A stretch of 54,554 bases of DNA, taken from positions 1 to 54,554 of the forward strand of contig JBPYFB010000152.1 of NCBI GenBank assembly GCA_051986465.1. Reading direction: 5' to 3'. The stretch comes from Rugosimonospora sp. Lineage in GTDB: Bacteria > Actinomycetota > Actinomycetes > Mycobacteriales > Micromonosporaceae. Below, piece after piece: positions 17,807 to 26,133 of the stretch. The position numbers and the translations under genes were made by a program. Under the pieces are notes generated by a model that worked only from the letters and a program-made list of their open reading frames with translations, had not been told where the DNA came from and did not search any database. Each line of letters starts with the position of its first letter. The first letter of the stretch is position 1.

Positions 17807-17845
17807 GATCGAACCCCCGGCGGGGGGCACGCCGGGGGTTCGATC
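17807..17845 (-). terminator. Strong hairpin downstream of the NlpC/P60 gene
   Basis: GATCGAACCCCCGGCG-gggggca-CGCCGGGGGTTCGATC, a perfect 16-bp stem. Confidence 0.65.
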
Positions 17846-17891
17846 TCGCCGGTGGAGGGCGCAGGGGAGAGCCTCCATCGAGCGGGGGGAA

Positions 17892-18869
17892 TCAGCTTGG
17901 TCGGCCGTAGCCGTACAGCGTGTCGATGTTGATGCTGGCCAACTGAACCGTGGTTCCGGTGTGCGGTGCGTGGATGACCTGTCCGTTACCCACGTAGATC
18001 GCGACGTGCCCGAGGCTGTTGTAGAACACCAGGTCGCCGGGTTGGAGCTGGCTGCGGCTGATGTGCGAGATAGCGTCCCACTGCATCGCGGCGTTGTGCG
18101 GCAGCGACACGCCCGCCTTCGCCCACGCCGCCATCGTCAGCCCCGAGCAGTCGTACCCGGAGCTGTACGGTCCCGCCGCGGCGTAGACGTACTTGGCGCC
18201 GATCTGGGAGTACGCGAACTTGACCGCGATGCCCGCCTTACCGGCGACGTACGGGACGCTCGTGCTCTTCGGTGGCGCGGTCGGCCCGCTGACCTTGTTG
18301 GCCGTACCCGCCTGGACCATCAGCGTGTGCAGCTTCGCCAGCTGCGCGTTGATCTGCGTCTTCTGAGTGGCGAGCTGGTCGCGATGCGCCGACTGCGCGG
18401 CGACCTGCTGGTCGAGCTTGGCCTTGTCGGCCAGGTACGCGTTCTTGGCCTGCCGGTAGCCGGCCAGCTCGTGGCTGCGCGTACGCGCCACCTGGTTGAG
18501 CGAGGTGAGCTGGTCGATGAACGCCTGTGGCGTGCCAGCCGACAGGAGTGCGTTGACTCCGTTCAGCCGGCCACCCTCGTACGCCGCGACCGCCAGTTGC
18601 CCGACGTCCTTTGCGGCGCTGTCCACTTCCGCCTGCTGGGTCTGCAGCTGAGTCTGCATCTTCGCCTGCGCGGCTTGTCCCTGTTGCAGGAGGATGGTGG
18701 TCTTGTTGTAGTCCTCGACCACCTTTTCCAGGGCGTTGTTCTGTGCGTCGATCTGCTGCTGGAGGCTGCCCGCAGACGGACTCGCGTACGCGGCCGAGGC
18801 TGGTGCCAAGATCGCGGTCGCAAGGGTTCCCAGGAGTACAGCGCGCAACAGCTTTCGCGCGGTGCGCAA
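17892..18869 (-). CDS. Secreted NlpC/P60 (C40) peptidoglycan endopeptidase with an N-terminal coiled-coil (RipA-like)
   Basis: Signal peptide ending in ASAAYA, a long Gln/Ala coiled-coil, then the catalytic domain YDCSGLTMAAW...GHVAIYVGNGQVIHAPHTG. TTG start. Confidence 0.92.
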   Translation of the reverse strand: MRTARKLLRAVLLGTLATAILAPASAAYASPSAGSLQQQIDAQNNALEKVVEDYNKTTILLQQGQAAQAKMQTQLQTQQAEVDSAAKDVGQLAVAAYEGGRLNGVNALLSAGTPQAFIDQLTSLNQVARTRSHELAGYRQAKNAYLADKAKLDQQVAAQSAHRDQLATQKTQINAQLAKLHTLMVQAGTANKVSGPTAPPKSTSVPYVAGKAGIAVKFAYSQIGAKYVYAAAGPYSSGYDCSGLTMAAWAKAGVSLPHNAAMQWDAISHISRSQLQPGDLVFYNSLGHVAIYVGNGQVIHAPHTGTTVQLASINIDTLYGYGRPS

Positions 18870-18893
18870 GAGTGTTAGACCCCTTCTTCCCCT

Positions 18894-19060
18894 GAAGGCC
18901 CGACCGTTCGGGTCCTTCGCCGCCTACCGAGTTAGCTGACGGGTTCGGGCGGGAAGATCGCCCTACCGCTTGCGCGGATTCACCCCGAGGAACTTGGGTC
19001 CCCGGTTCGCTGACGGTCACCGCCTGTGCGATGCCCGCCCGGTGCGATTCGGCGGCGCTG
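18894..19060 (-). promoter_or_regulatory. Cyclic-di-AMP riboswitch (ydaO/yuaA class) in the 5' leader of the NlpC/P60 gene
   Basis: The minus-strand RNA reads CGCCGCCGAAUCGCACC...CCGGGGACCCAAGUUCCUCGGGGUGAAUCCGCGCAAGCGGUAGGGCGAUCUUCCCGCCCGAACCCGUCAGCUAACUCGGUAGGCGGCG. It has both GAAUC/GGGG pseudo-symmetric halves, the CCCGAACCCGUCAGCUAAC block and a closing helix CGCCGCC/GGCGGCG. A GC hairpin (18894-18918) follows, just before the SD. Confidence 0.88.
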
Positions 19061-19464
19061 ACCAGTGTCGCCCGGGATTGGTCGACTGTGTACTGATCAG
19101 CGGTCTCAACCTAGCGTGACTGGCGAGATCACGAAAGGGCAACGGTACCAAATGCTCGTGATGAGATCGAATTAGCGAATAGTCGGAGTTACTTGTTGTT
19201 CATTGCCCGCAGCAGCTCGTAATTTCCCGCCGGCAATCGACGCCTAAGAGTATGCCGCGTGCCGATCTGCCATCTAGCAGATGGACACCCTTCCCTTCGG
19301 AAGCTGGCTCACTGACAATGAGAGGGTGCCCGGTGCGGCGCGCCGGGGACGACCTACACGGCGCGTCGCACCACGCTGGCACAACAAACAGCGGCACCCG
19401 GCTGCCACCGGATGCCGCTGTAAAGACTCCACACCGGCCCGCCTACGAGCAGGAGGAGATAAGC

Positions 19465-19884
19465 GTGGATCGTACCCATGATCCGACCCGTACGCCAGTG
19501 ACCTATTACTACCGCGACGGTGCGACCTGCGTGACAGATACCTGGCTCGTGGTGTCCGGCCGGCGGTACGCGATCGCGCACCTGCGCCGGCCGCGCACCG
19601 TACGTAGCCTGGGCGGTCCGACCGTCAAGGGCGCGGCGCTCACCTCCGGTGTCGTTGCCGTGGGCATCCTGTTGGTCGCCCGGCACCTCAGCACCGCGGG
19701 CTGGATTGGCGCCGGCGTCGCCCTCGCCGTACCGGTCGTCGTGCTCGCCGGCGGGCTGGCACGCGCCCGGCGCCCGTACGAGCTGTGGGCCGAGTACCGC
19801 GGCCTGACCGTCCAACTGTTGTGCGAGCCGGATGCCGGCCGGTACGCGAAGATCTGTCAGGCGCTCACGCTCGCCTGCCAGTAG
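19465..19884 (+). CDS. Small membrane protein (DUF6232-like), 139 aa
   Basis: GTG 19465 follows SD aggagga. Soluble N-terminus (YYYRDGATCVTDTWLVVSGRRYAI), two TM helices and a C-terminal tail. The upstream part of the listed ORF has poor GC3. Confidence 0.7.
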   Translation: MDRTHDPTRTPVTYYYRDGATCVTDTWLVVSGRRYAIAHLRRPRTVRSLGGPTVKGAALTSGVVAVGILLVARHLSTAGWIGAGVALAVPVVVLAGGLARARRPYELWAEYRGLTVQLLCEPDAGRYAKICQALTLACQ

Positions 19885-19889
19885 GACTT

Positions 19890-21248
19890 CTAGTGGGACC
19901 GGGGTGCGGTCCGCTCGGCCAGCCGGATCCGCGCCCCGTCGTGGTCGAAGAGGAACACCATGTCGAGGTTGACGCCGACCGCGACCACCGAGCCGAGGCG
20001 CGGTACCGGGCCGGGCTGCGGTATCCGTACGGCGAGCCGCCCGCCCGGCGGTGGCGCGGCCGAGGTCTCCGGGTCGTACACCGGGTAGAAGCCGTACTTC
20101 GTGCGCGCCGTCGCGGGGGGCGTATCGGCCTGCGCGTGCGGTACCAGTCGGGACAGCGTGTTCCGCAATGTCTCGGCGCCGGTGTGGTGTACCGGCTCCT
20201 GCGCGATCGCCTCGCTCAGCGCGCCCGGTGCGTCGGGGAGTTCCAACTGGCTCTGGGTCACCGCCGTCGGTACGCCGCCGACGTCGATCTGGGCGAGCAC
20301 CTCGTTGCCCAGATGCTCGAGCTGGCGGACCGTGCCGTGCAGCGCGCCCTCGGTGTCGTCGGCGACCAGGTGCAGGGCGTCGGGCCGGATGCCGACCGTC
20401 ACCCGCTGGGTGTGGTGCGACGCGAGGAACTTCGCCCGCGGGTCGTCCGAGGGCACGCTGAGTATCTGCTCGCCGAAGTCGACGACGGCCTGTGGGCCAC
20501 GCGCGTACACGGCGGCCTGCAGGAGACTGGTGCGCGGGGTACCGACGAAGGCGGCGACGAACAGCCGTTCCGGGTCGCCGTACACCTCGGCGGGCGGCCC
20601 GATCTGCTCGAAGCGACCCTGGCGCATCACCGCGATGCGGTCGGCCATCGTCATCGCCTCGGTCTGGTCGTGCGTCACGTACAGAGCCGACACGCCCAGG
20701 CGGTGCGCGAGCGCGACGATCTCGGTGCGCAGCTCCGCCCGTACCGCAGCATCCACATTGGACAGTGGCTCGTCGAGCAGGAACGTCGACGGCCGGCGGA
20801 CGATCGCGCGGGCCATCGCCACCCGCTGCCGCTGGCCGCCGGAGAGCTGCTCCGGGCGGCGGCGCAGTTGCTCCTCGACGCCGACCAGCCGCGCCGTCTC
20901 GGCCACCCGCGCGGCGATCACGGCGTCGTCGGAGACCTCCCTGCGCAGCGGGAAGGCGATGTTGTCGGCGACGGTGAGGTGGGGGTAGAGGGCGAAGTCC
21001 TGGAAGACCATGGCGACCTGACGGTCCTGGGCCGGTACCCAGTCCATGACGCGGTCGTCGAACAGTACGTGACCAGACGTCGCCTGCTCCAGGCCTGCCA
21101 CGATGCGCAGTATGGTGGTTTTGCCGCACCCGGTCGGCCCCAGCAGCACGACGAACTCGCCGTCGCGGATGTCGAGGTCAATGCCGTCGACCGCGACCGA
21201 CCCGCCCGGGTACACCTTCCGGATACCGGCGAGTTGGATCGCAGCCAT
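19890..21248 (-). CDS. Orphan MalK/MsiK/UgpC-type sugar ABC-transporter ATPase with an enlarged C-terminal regulatory domain
   Basis: Walker A GPTGCGKTT, signature LSGGQRQRVAMARA, Walker B FLLDEPLSNVD. About 452 aa, with no adjacent permease or binding-protein genes. Confidence 0.9.
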   Translation of the reverse strand: MAAIQLAGIRKVYPGGSVAVDGIDLDIRDGEFVVLLGPTGCGKTTILRIVAGLEQATSGHVLFDDRVMDWVPAQDRQVAMVFQDFALYPHLTVADNIAFPLRREVSDDAVIAARVAETARLVGVEEQLRRRPEQLSGGQRQRVAMARAIVRRPSTFLLDEPLSNVDAAVRAELRTEIVALAHRLGVSALYVTHDQTEAMTMADRIAVMRQGRFEQIGPPAEVYGDPERLFVAAFVGTPRTSLLQAAVYARGPQAVVDFGEQILSVPSDDPRAKFLASHHTQRVTVGIRPDALHLVADDTEGALHGTVRQLEHLGNEVLAQIDVGGVPTAVTQSQLELPDAPGALSEAIAQEPVHHTGAETLRNTLSRLVPHAQADTPPATARTKYGFYPVYDPETSAAPPPGGRLAVRIPQPGPVPRLGSVVAVGVNLDMVFLFDHDGARIRLAERTAPRSH

Positions 21249-21374
21249 GCGTCTATGGGACGACGGGTGCGCACCCGGGCGCAAGGGGGTGAACCTTACC
21301 CTCTGTTGTGCGACGCCGGGCGGTACCTAGCGGGCGCCGGGCGGCGCCTGGCCGGGGCGACGGAGAGGGACTGG

Positions 21375-21629
21375 ATGAAGCTCAAATTGGACCTGCACGA
21401 TATCTATAACCGCGGATACGACATCGACCGTGCGCTGCGCGGCATCATCGACGAGGCGATCGCGAAGAAGGCGACGCTGGTCGAGATCATCCCCGGCAAG
21501 GGCTCGGGCCAGCTCAAGAAGCGGGTGCTGCGCTTCCTCGACCAGAAGGAGATCAAGGCGCTGTACCACAGAGTCGAGAAGGACTCGCAAAACTTCGGCC
21601 GGCTCTTCATCCACTTCCGCTGGAAGTAG
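21375..21629 (+). CDS. Smr (small MutS-related) domain protein, 84 aa
   Basis: LDLHD...ATLVEIIPGKGSGQLKKRV matches the Smr core. This is the only coding part of the listed 614-aa ORF. Confidence 0.8.
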   Translation: MKLKLDLHDIYNRGYDIDRALRGIIDEAIAKKATLVEIIPGKGSGQLKKRVLRFLDQKEIKALYHRVEKDSQNFGRLFIHFRWK

Positions 21630-21840
21630 GCAGCGAGATCATGCGCGGCCAGGTGATCGCCAACCGTCCGCGAAAGATCCTCGTGAACGTCTGGGGTGCT
21701 GCGCTTTTCGCGCCGGAATTACTGTCCACTCTGATTAGTCCGCATCGTGCTGATTCGGTCCACTGTGGTCGGGTACTATATCCGCGCTGAGTAGTCGACT
21801 GTGCACAGACAGCGATGATGGATCAATGTTGGGGGCGGCA

Positions 21841-22002
21841 ATGACGGTGAAGAAGGTCCTCACCTGGCTCTTTGGCGCGTTCGTGCTCTTCTTTCTCGCC
21901 TTCCGGCCGACCGGCGCCGCGACCGTCGTGCGGGACATCGGCGGGATACTCGGGCGGGTCGCCGGCGGGCTGGGGGACTTCCTGAACAGCCTGGTCAGCT
22001 GA
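21841..22002 (+). CDS. 53-aa membrane peptide, absent from the ORF track (under 60 aa)
   Basis: Hand translation: MTVKKVLTWLFGAFVLFFLAFRPTGAATVVRDIGGILGRVAGGLGDFLNSLVS*. Good GC3, with a ggggg SD-like run 5 nt upstream. The listed antisense ORF 21735-21938 looks like its shadow. Confidence 0.5.
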   Translation: MTVKKVLTWLFGAFVLFFLAFRPTGAATVVRDIGGILGRVAGGLGDFLNSLVS

Positions 22003-22014
22003 GCAGCGGGAGGA

Positions 22015-22713
22015 TCAGTACCAGTGCGGGCTGCGCGACAGCCAGGTCGCGTACGCCTGTGCCGGTGTTCCGTACGTGTCCTTGATGTACCCGAGACCCC
22101 ACTTGATCTGCGTCGCCGGGTTGGTGCGCCAATCCGAGCCGACGCTTCCCATCTTCGAACCGGGCAGGGACTGGGGGATCCCGTACGCCCCGGAGCTGGG
22201 GTTCGTCGCGCTCGTCTGCCAGTCGCTCTCGCCGTTCCAGAGCTTGACGAGGGGGCTCATCTGGCTCACCGAGAAGCCGAACGACGGGAGGAGCTTGCAC
22301 GCGATCAACTGGTTGCCCGTGTACGCCGAGCAGCCGGCCGGTACCGAGGTGCGGGACCGGGTCGGGGAGGGCGCGGGGCTGGACGACCGCGTCGTGGCGC
22401 TGGGGAGCGGTGCGGCGGAGGCGCTGGGCGAGACTCCGGCTGACGGGCTGGCACTCGCGCCGAGCCGGTTGAAGTCCCGGTTGGCGGCCTGCGCCCGGCG
22501 CCCGTCGTCCGTGGCGGTCAGGTTCACGCTCACGTGCGTACGCCAGCCGAGCTGGTGATCGAGGTACACCGCGCCACCGCTGCCGATACCGAGGAGCAGG
22601 GCGCCGATGATCGCTACCTTGCCGCGACGCTTCCGGGTCTCCCGCCGGTGGGTGGGTGTCCACAGTGACGGACGGTTGCGCGAAGCCCGGCCGCGCTGCC
22701 GGTGATTCGGCAC
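22015..22713 (-). CDS. Membrane-anchored transglycosylase-like (SLT/aggregation-promoting-factor C-terminal type) cell-wall protein
   Basis: Basic N-terminus, TM, Ser/Pro/Ala linker, then the C-terminal WNGESDWQTSATNPSSGAYGIPQSLPGSKM...IKWGLGYIKDTYGTP. GTG start. Confidence 0.85.
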   Translation of the reverse strand: MPNHRQRGRASRNRPSLWTPTHRRETRKRRGKVAIIGALLLGIGSGGAVYLDHQLGWRTHVSVNLTATDDGRRAQAANRDFNRLGASASPSAGVSPSASAAPLPSATTRSSSPAPSPTRSRTSVPAGCSAYTGNQLIACKLLPSFGFSVSQMSPLVKLWNGESDWQTSATNPSSGAYGIPQSLPGSKMGSVGSDWRTNPATQIKWGLGYIKDTYGTPAQAYATWLSRSPHWY

Positions 22714-22887
22714 GGTGGATCCCTTCGTCGAGCCCGTATGTGCTGGTACGGGGGAGGAACACGGGGCGAAGGACCTTGACCCTGCCTGCTGTTCGGGAGA
22801 GGGGGCAAGTTACGCGCAGTGATAGTGGCTTGTCTCACATCCATTGGTGATCAGTACCGACAAGGCCAGCAATTGGTGCTATTGCCG

Positions 22888-23547
22888 CTATCGCCGTCGA
22901 GGTGGCGAGACCAGACCCGTCTCGTATCCGAACACCACGAGCTGCGCCCGGTCCCGGGCATGCAGCTTGAGCATCGCCCGCGACACGTGCGTCTTCACCG
23001 TGGTCGGGCTGATCGTCAGCAGCTCGGCGATCTCCTCATTGGTCAGTCCACGCCCGACGAGCACCACGATCTCGCGCTCCCGGTCGGTGAGCAGGCGCAG
23101 CTTCGCCGCCTGCTCGCGGGAGGCGGTCGGTCGGGCGGCGAACTCCTCGATCAGGCGCCGGGTCACGCTCGGCGCGAGCAGGGCCTCGCCCGCCGCCACC
23201 ACCCGGATCGCGCGCCGCAACTCGTCCGGCTCGAGGTCCTTGAGCAGGAAGCCGCTGGCGCCGGCGCGCAGCGCCGCGTACACGTACGCGTCGAGCTCGA
23301 AGGTGGTCAGGATGATCACGCGGGTACCGGCGAGATCGGCGTCGGCGCAGATCCGCTTCGTCGCCTCGATACCGTCCAGTCTGGGCATGCGGACGTCCAT
23401 CAGCACCACGTCGGGGCGGGTTCGCCGGGTCAGCTCGCCCGCCTCGACCCCGTCCGCGGCCTCGCCGACCACCTCAAGGTCGTCGGTGCGGTCGAGCAGC
23501 GCACCGAACCCGGCACGCACGAGCGCCTGGTCATCCGCGAGCAGCAC
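22888..23547 (-). CDS. NarL/LuxR-family response regulator
   Basis: LLADDQALVRAG...VVLMDVRMPRLDG, followed by the LuxR HTH LTDREREIVVLVGRGLTNEEIAELLTISPTTVKTHV. The only start codon after the upstream kinase stop is GTG 23547. Confidence 0.88.
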   Translation of the reverse strand: MLLADDQALVRAGFGALLDRTDDLEVVGEAADGVEAGELTRRTRPDVVLMDVRMPRLDGIEATKRICADADLAGTRVIILTTFELDAYVYAALRAGASGFLLKDLEPDELRRAIRVVAAGEALLAPSVTRRLIEEFAARPTASREQAAKLRLLTDREREIVVLVGRGLTNEEIAELLTISPTTVKTHVSRAMLKLHARDRAQLVVFGYETGLVSPPRRR

Positions 23548-23552
23548 CCTGG

Positions 23553-24686
23553 TTATAACGGCAACACCGCCAGGAGGCGGGCGCCGCCACCGTCGCGCGC
23601 GCCGAGCGTCAGGTGGCCGCCGAGCGACTCGGCGCGCTCGCGCATGCCGCGCAGCCCCATCCCGGAGCTCGTCTCCGCGGGCAGGCCGCGCCCGTCGTCG
23701 CTCACCTCCACCCGCAGCGCGCCGTCCGCGCGCGACAGGCGTACCCACACCGAGGCCGCGCCGGAGTGGCGCACCGCGTTGGTCAGCGCCTCCTGCACGA
23801 TGCGGTACGCGGTCAGCTCGGTGGCGGGCGGCACCCCGCTCGTACCGTCAATGTCAAGCTCGACCGCCAGACCGGCGGCGCGTGCCGCGGCGGCCAGCCC
23901 CGGCAGCTCCGCCAGCGTCGGCTGCGGCAGCGTCCCGGCGTCCCCCTCGCCGCGCAGCGCGGCGAGCGCGGCGCGCAGCTCGGCCAGGGCCTCGCGCGCG
24001 GAGGTCCGCATCGCCAGCACCGCCGCGCGGGCCACCTCCGGGCTGTCATCCAAGGCGTCCAGCGCGAGGCCGCCCTGCACGGCGATGACCGAGACGGTAT
24101 GGGCGAGCACGTCGTGCAGCTCGCGCGCGATGCGCAGCCGCTCGTCGGTCATCCGCCGCCGCAGGTCGGCCTCTGCCATGGCGTGTGCCTGGCGCACCCG
24201 TTCCTCCGCGTCCAGGCGCCGCTGCCGCACGCTGGCGCCGAGGATGACGAGGCAGACCATGCCGATCACGGGGCCGTACACGGCGGGATCGGTGAAGGAC
24301 ACCGCGTGCGGGGCCAGCGTCGGCGGCACGCCGGACAGCACGGCCAGCGCCGCCGCCACCGCCAGCGACCACCAGGTGCGGCCGTAGGCGGCCACCGTGT
24401 AGGTGCCGGGGAACAGGGCGAAGGCCAGCGCGCCGCCGGGATAATCCATGACGTGGTACGCGAAGGCGAGAGCCAGCACCACGAGCGCCACGGCGACCGC
24501 GTGCCGCCGCCGGAACATCAGCGCTGCGGCGGCGGTGAAGGCGAGCACGTACGCGACGACTGCGGGCGGCGGCTCCCACGGCGACCTGGCCAGCTCGGCC
24601 CAGGTGCCGAACCCGGCGAGCAGCGCGCTGACCGCGACGATCGCCAGGTCCGCCGCGCGCTCGCCGCGCCACCGTGCCAAGGGCAT
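23553..24686 (-). CDS. HisKA_3 (NarX/DesK-type) sensor histidine kinase
   Basis: Five or six TM segments, H-box RIARELHDVLAHTVSVI, and a HATPase region with GMGLRGMRERAESLGG. Confidence 0.9.
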   Translation of the reverse strand: MPLARWRGERAADLAIVAVSALLAGFGTWAELARSPWEPPPAVVAYVLAFTAAAALMFRRRHAVAVALVVLALAFAYHVMDYPGGALAFALFPGTYTVAAYGRTWWSLAVAAALAVLSGVPPTLAPHAVSFTDPAVYGPVIGMVCLVILGASVRQRRLDAEERVRQAHAMAEADLRRRMTDERLRIARELHDVLAHTVSVIAVQGGLALDALDDSPEVARAAVLAMRTSAREALAELRAALAALRGEGDAGTLPQPTLAELPGLAAAARAAGLAVELDIDGTSGVPPATELTAYRIVQEALTNAVRHSGAASVWVRLSRADGALRVEVSDDGRGLPAETSSGMGLRGMRERAESLGGHLTLGARDGGGARLLAVLPL

Positions 24687-24741
24687 GACATCACGGTACG
24701 GCCGGCAGCCGTCGAGTCGTCCCTCCCGCGGATCAGGCCGC

Positions 24742-25479
24742 CTACTCCGTTTGGAGTACGGGGCGCCACGCGTCGCGGTCCCACGGCGAGCCGGTGAAGT
24801 CGTACCGGACCGCGTGGGGTGCCAGGGCGACGAGGCTCACCGAGGTGGAGCCGTACGCCCGCTCGGCGAACTGCCGGCGTACCAGCAGGGCACCGGGCGC
24901 GCCCGGGTCCAGCCCGTCACCGGCGGCGAGCTCGACCCAGTCGCCCCAAGCGTCCATAGTGGACTTTCCGGCGGCCGGGTCGGCCGAAGGGATCGCGGCG
25001 AGCAGCGGCCGGAAGTGCGCCACCACCGGATCGTCGGGCGCGTCCGGACCGCGGTTGACGACGATGTGGTCGCCCGGGCCGAGCCGTCGCTGGCGCAGGT
25101 CGGTACCGTCCCAGGACAGCACGCTCACCCCGTCGGGCGCGGCGCGGACGAGGTGGAAGCCGTCGTACCGCGCCACCTGGTCCCGGTCGGGCAGGCTGCC
25201 CCGGCCCAGCGCCGCCAGCGGCAGGCCGCCCCGGCTCGGGCGCTGGCCGTCCTCGGGGAGGGGAAGTCGCCGCGCGTTCAGTACGGCGGCGAGCGCCGGC
25301 ACGCCCGTGTCGACCGCGAGCCAGGTACCGCCGGCCACCAGGTCCCGGCCGCCCAGCAGGGTACCGCCCCAGTGCGTGGCGGGCGGGTCCCAGGCACGCC
25401 CGACGAACTCGTCGCGCACCGCGGCGAGCAGGATCGGCCAGCGCGCGAGGGGCTCGTACCGGAGCAGAACCGTACACAT
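24742..25479 (-). CDS. NRDE-family protein (DUF833/TANGO2-like)
   Basis: Starts MCTVLL (N-terminal Cys), followed by AAVRDEF...GGTWLAV...LNAR. Confidence 0.8.
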   Translation of the reverse strand: MCTVLLRYEPLARWPILLAAVRDEFVGRAWDPPATHWGGTLLGGRDLVAGGTWLAVDTGVPALAAVLNARRLPLPEDGQRPSRGGLPLAALGRGSLPDRDQVARYDGFHLVRAAPDGVSVLSWDGTDLRQRRLGPGDHIVVNRGPDAPDDPVVAHFRPLLAAIPSADPAAGKSTMDAWGDWVELAAGDGLDPGAPGALLVRRQFAERAYGSTSVSLVALAPHAVRYDFTGSPWDRDAWRPVLQTE

Positions 25480-25500
25480 GGTCCGGAGGCTACCGTCCGG

Positions 25501-26133
25501 CTACCCGCCCGAGGTGAGCAGGCCGCGTTCGAAGGCGGTGGCGACGGCGGCGGCGCGGTCCTTCACGCCGAGCTTCGCGTACACGTGCAGCAGGTGGGTC
25601 TTGACGGTCGCCTCGCTGATGAACAGCTTCGTGGCCGCGTCCCGGTTGCTGAAGCCCCGCGCGATCAGCCCGAGCACCTCCAGTTCCCGCTGGCTCAGCG
25701 GTTCCCGGGCGGGCGAGCGCACCTGGCCCAGCAGGCGCGTGGCGACCGACGGGGACAGTACCGCCTCGCCGCGGGCAGCCGCCTGTACGGCCCGGATCAG
25801 CTCGGCGCGCGGCGCGTCCTTGAGCAGGTACCCGGTGGCGCCAGCCTCCACCGCCGGCAGCACGTCCCGGTCGGTGTCGTACGTGGTGAGCACGAGTACC
25901 CGGGACGGTACCCCCCGCTCCCGCAGCGCGCCGATCGCGCGTACCCCGTCCAGCTCCGGCATCCGCAGGTCCATCAGCACCACGTCCGGCCGCAGCGCCT
26001 CGGCGAGCGTGACCGCCTCGGTACCGGTACTCGCCTCGCCGACCACCTCGAACCCGGGTTCGCTCTCGAACATGCCGCGCAACCCGTCCCGTACGATCGG
26101 GTGGTCGTCCACGATCAGCACAGCGATCGTCAC
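25501..26133 (-). CDS. NarL/LuxR-family response regulator
   Basis: VLIVDDHPIVRDG...VVLMDLRMPELDG...LSQRELEVLGLIARGFSNRDAATKLFISEATVKTHL. GTG 26133 overlaps the kinase stop (GTGA). Confidence 0.9.
   Translation of the reverse strand: MTIAVLIVDDHPIVRDGLRGMFESEPGFEVVGEASTGTEAVTLAEALRPDVVLMDLRMPELDGVRAIGALRERGVPSRVLVLTTYDTDRDVLPAVEAGATGYLLKDAPRAELIRAVQAAARGEAVLSPSVATRLLGQVRSPAREPLSQRELEVLGLIARGFSNRDAATKLFISEATVKTHLLHVYAKLGVKDRAAAVATAFERGLLTSGG

Noticed and set aside
17807-17845. tRNA-like GGTTCGATC / GATCGAACC sequence
   Set aside because: It resembles a T-loop, but the sequence is a simple perfect 16-bp hairpin. It has no acceptor, D or anticodon arms, so I interpret it as a terminator.
19252-19464. 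Upstream 71-codon extension of the DUF6232-like ORF
   Set aside because: It has poor GC3 and many rare codons. A strong SD (aggagga) sits right before the internal GTG 19465.
22714-22887. Second ydaO riboswitch upstream of the transglycosylase-like gene
   Set aside because: This class of cell-wall gene often carries one, but the minus-strand leader has none of the conserved blocks (no GGGGACCCA, GGUGAAUC or CCCGAACCCGNCAGCUAAC).
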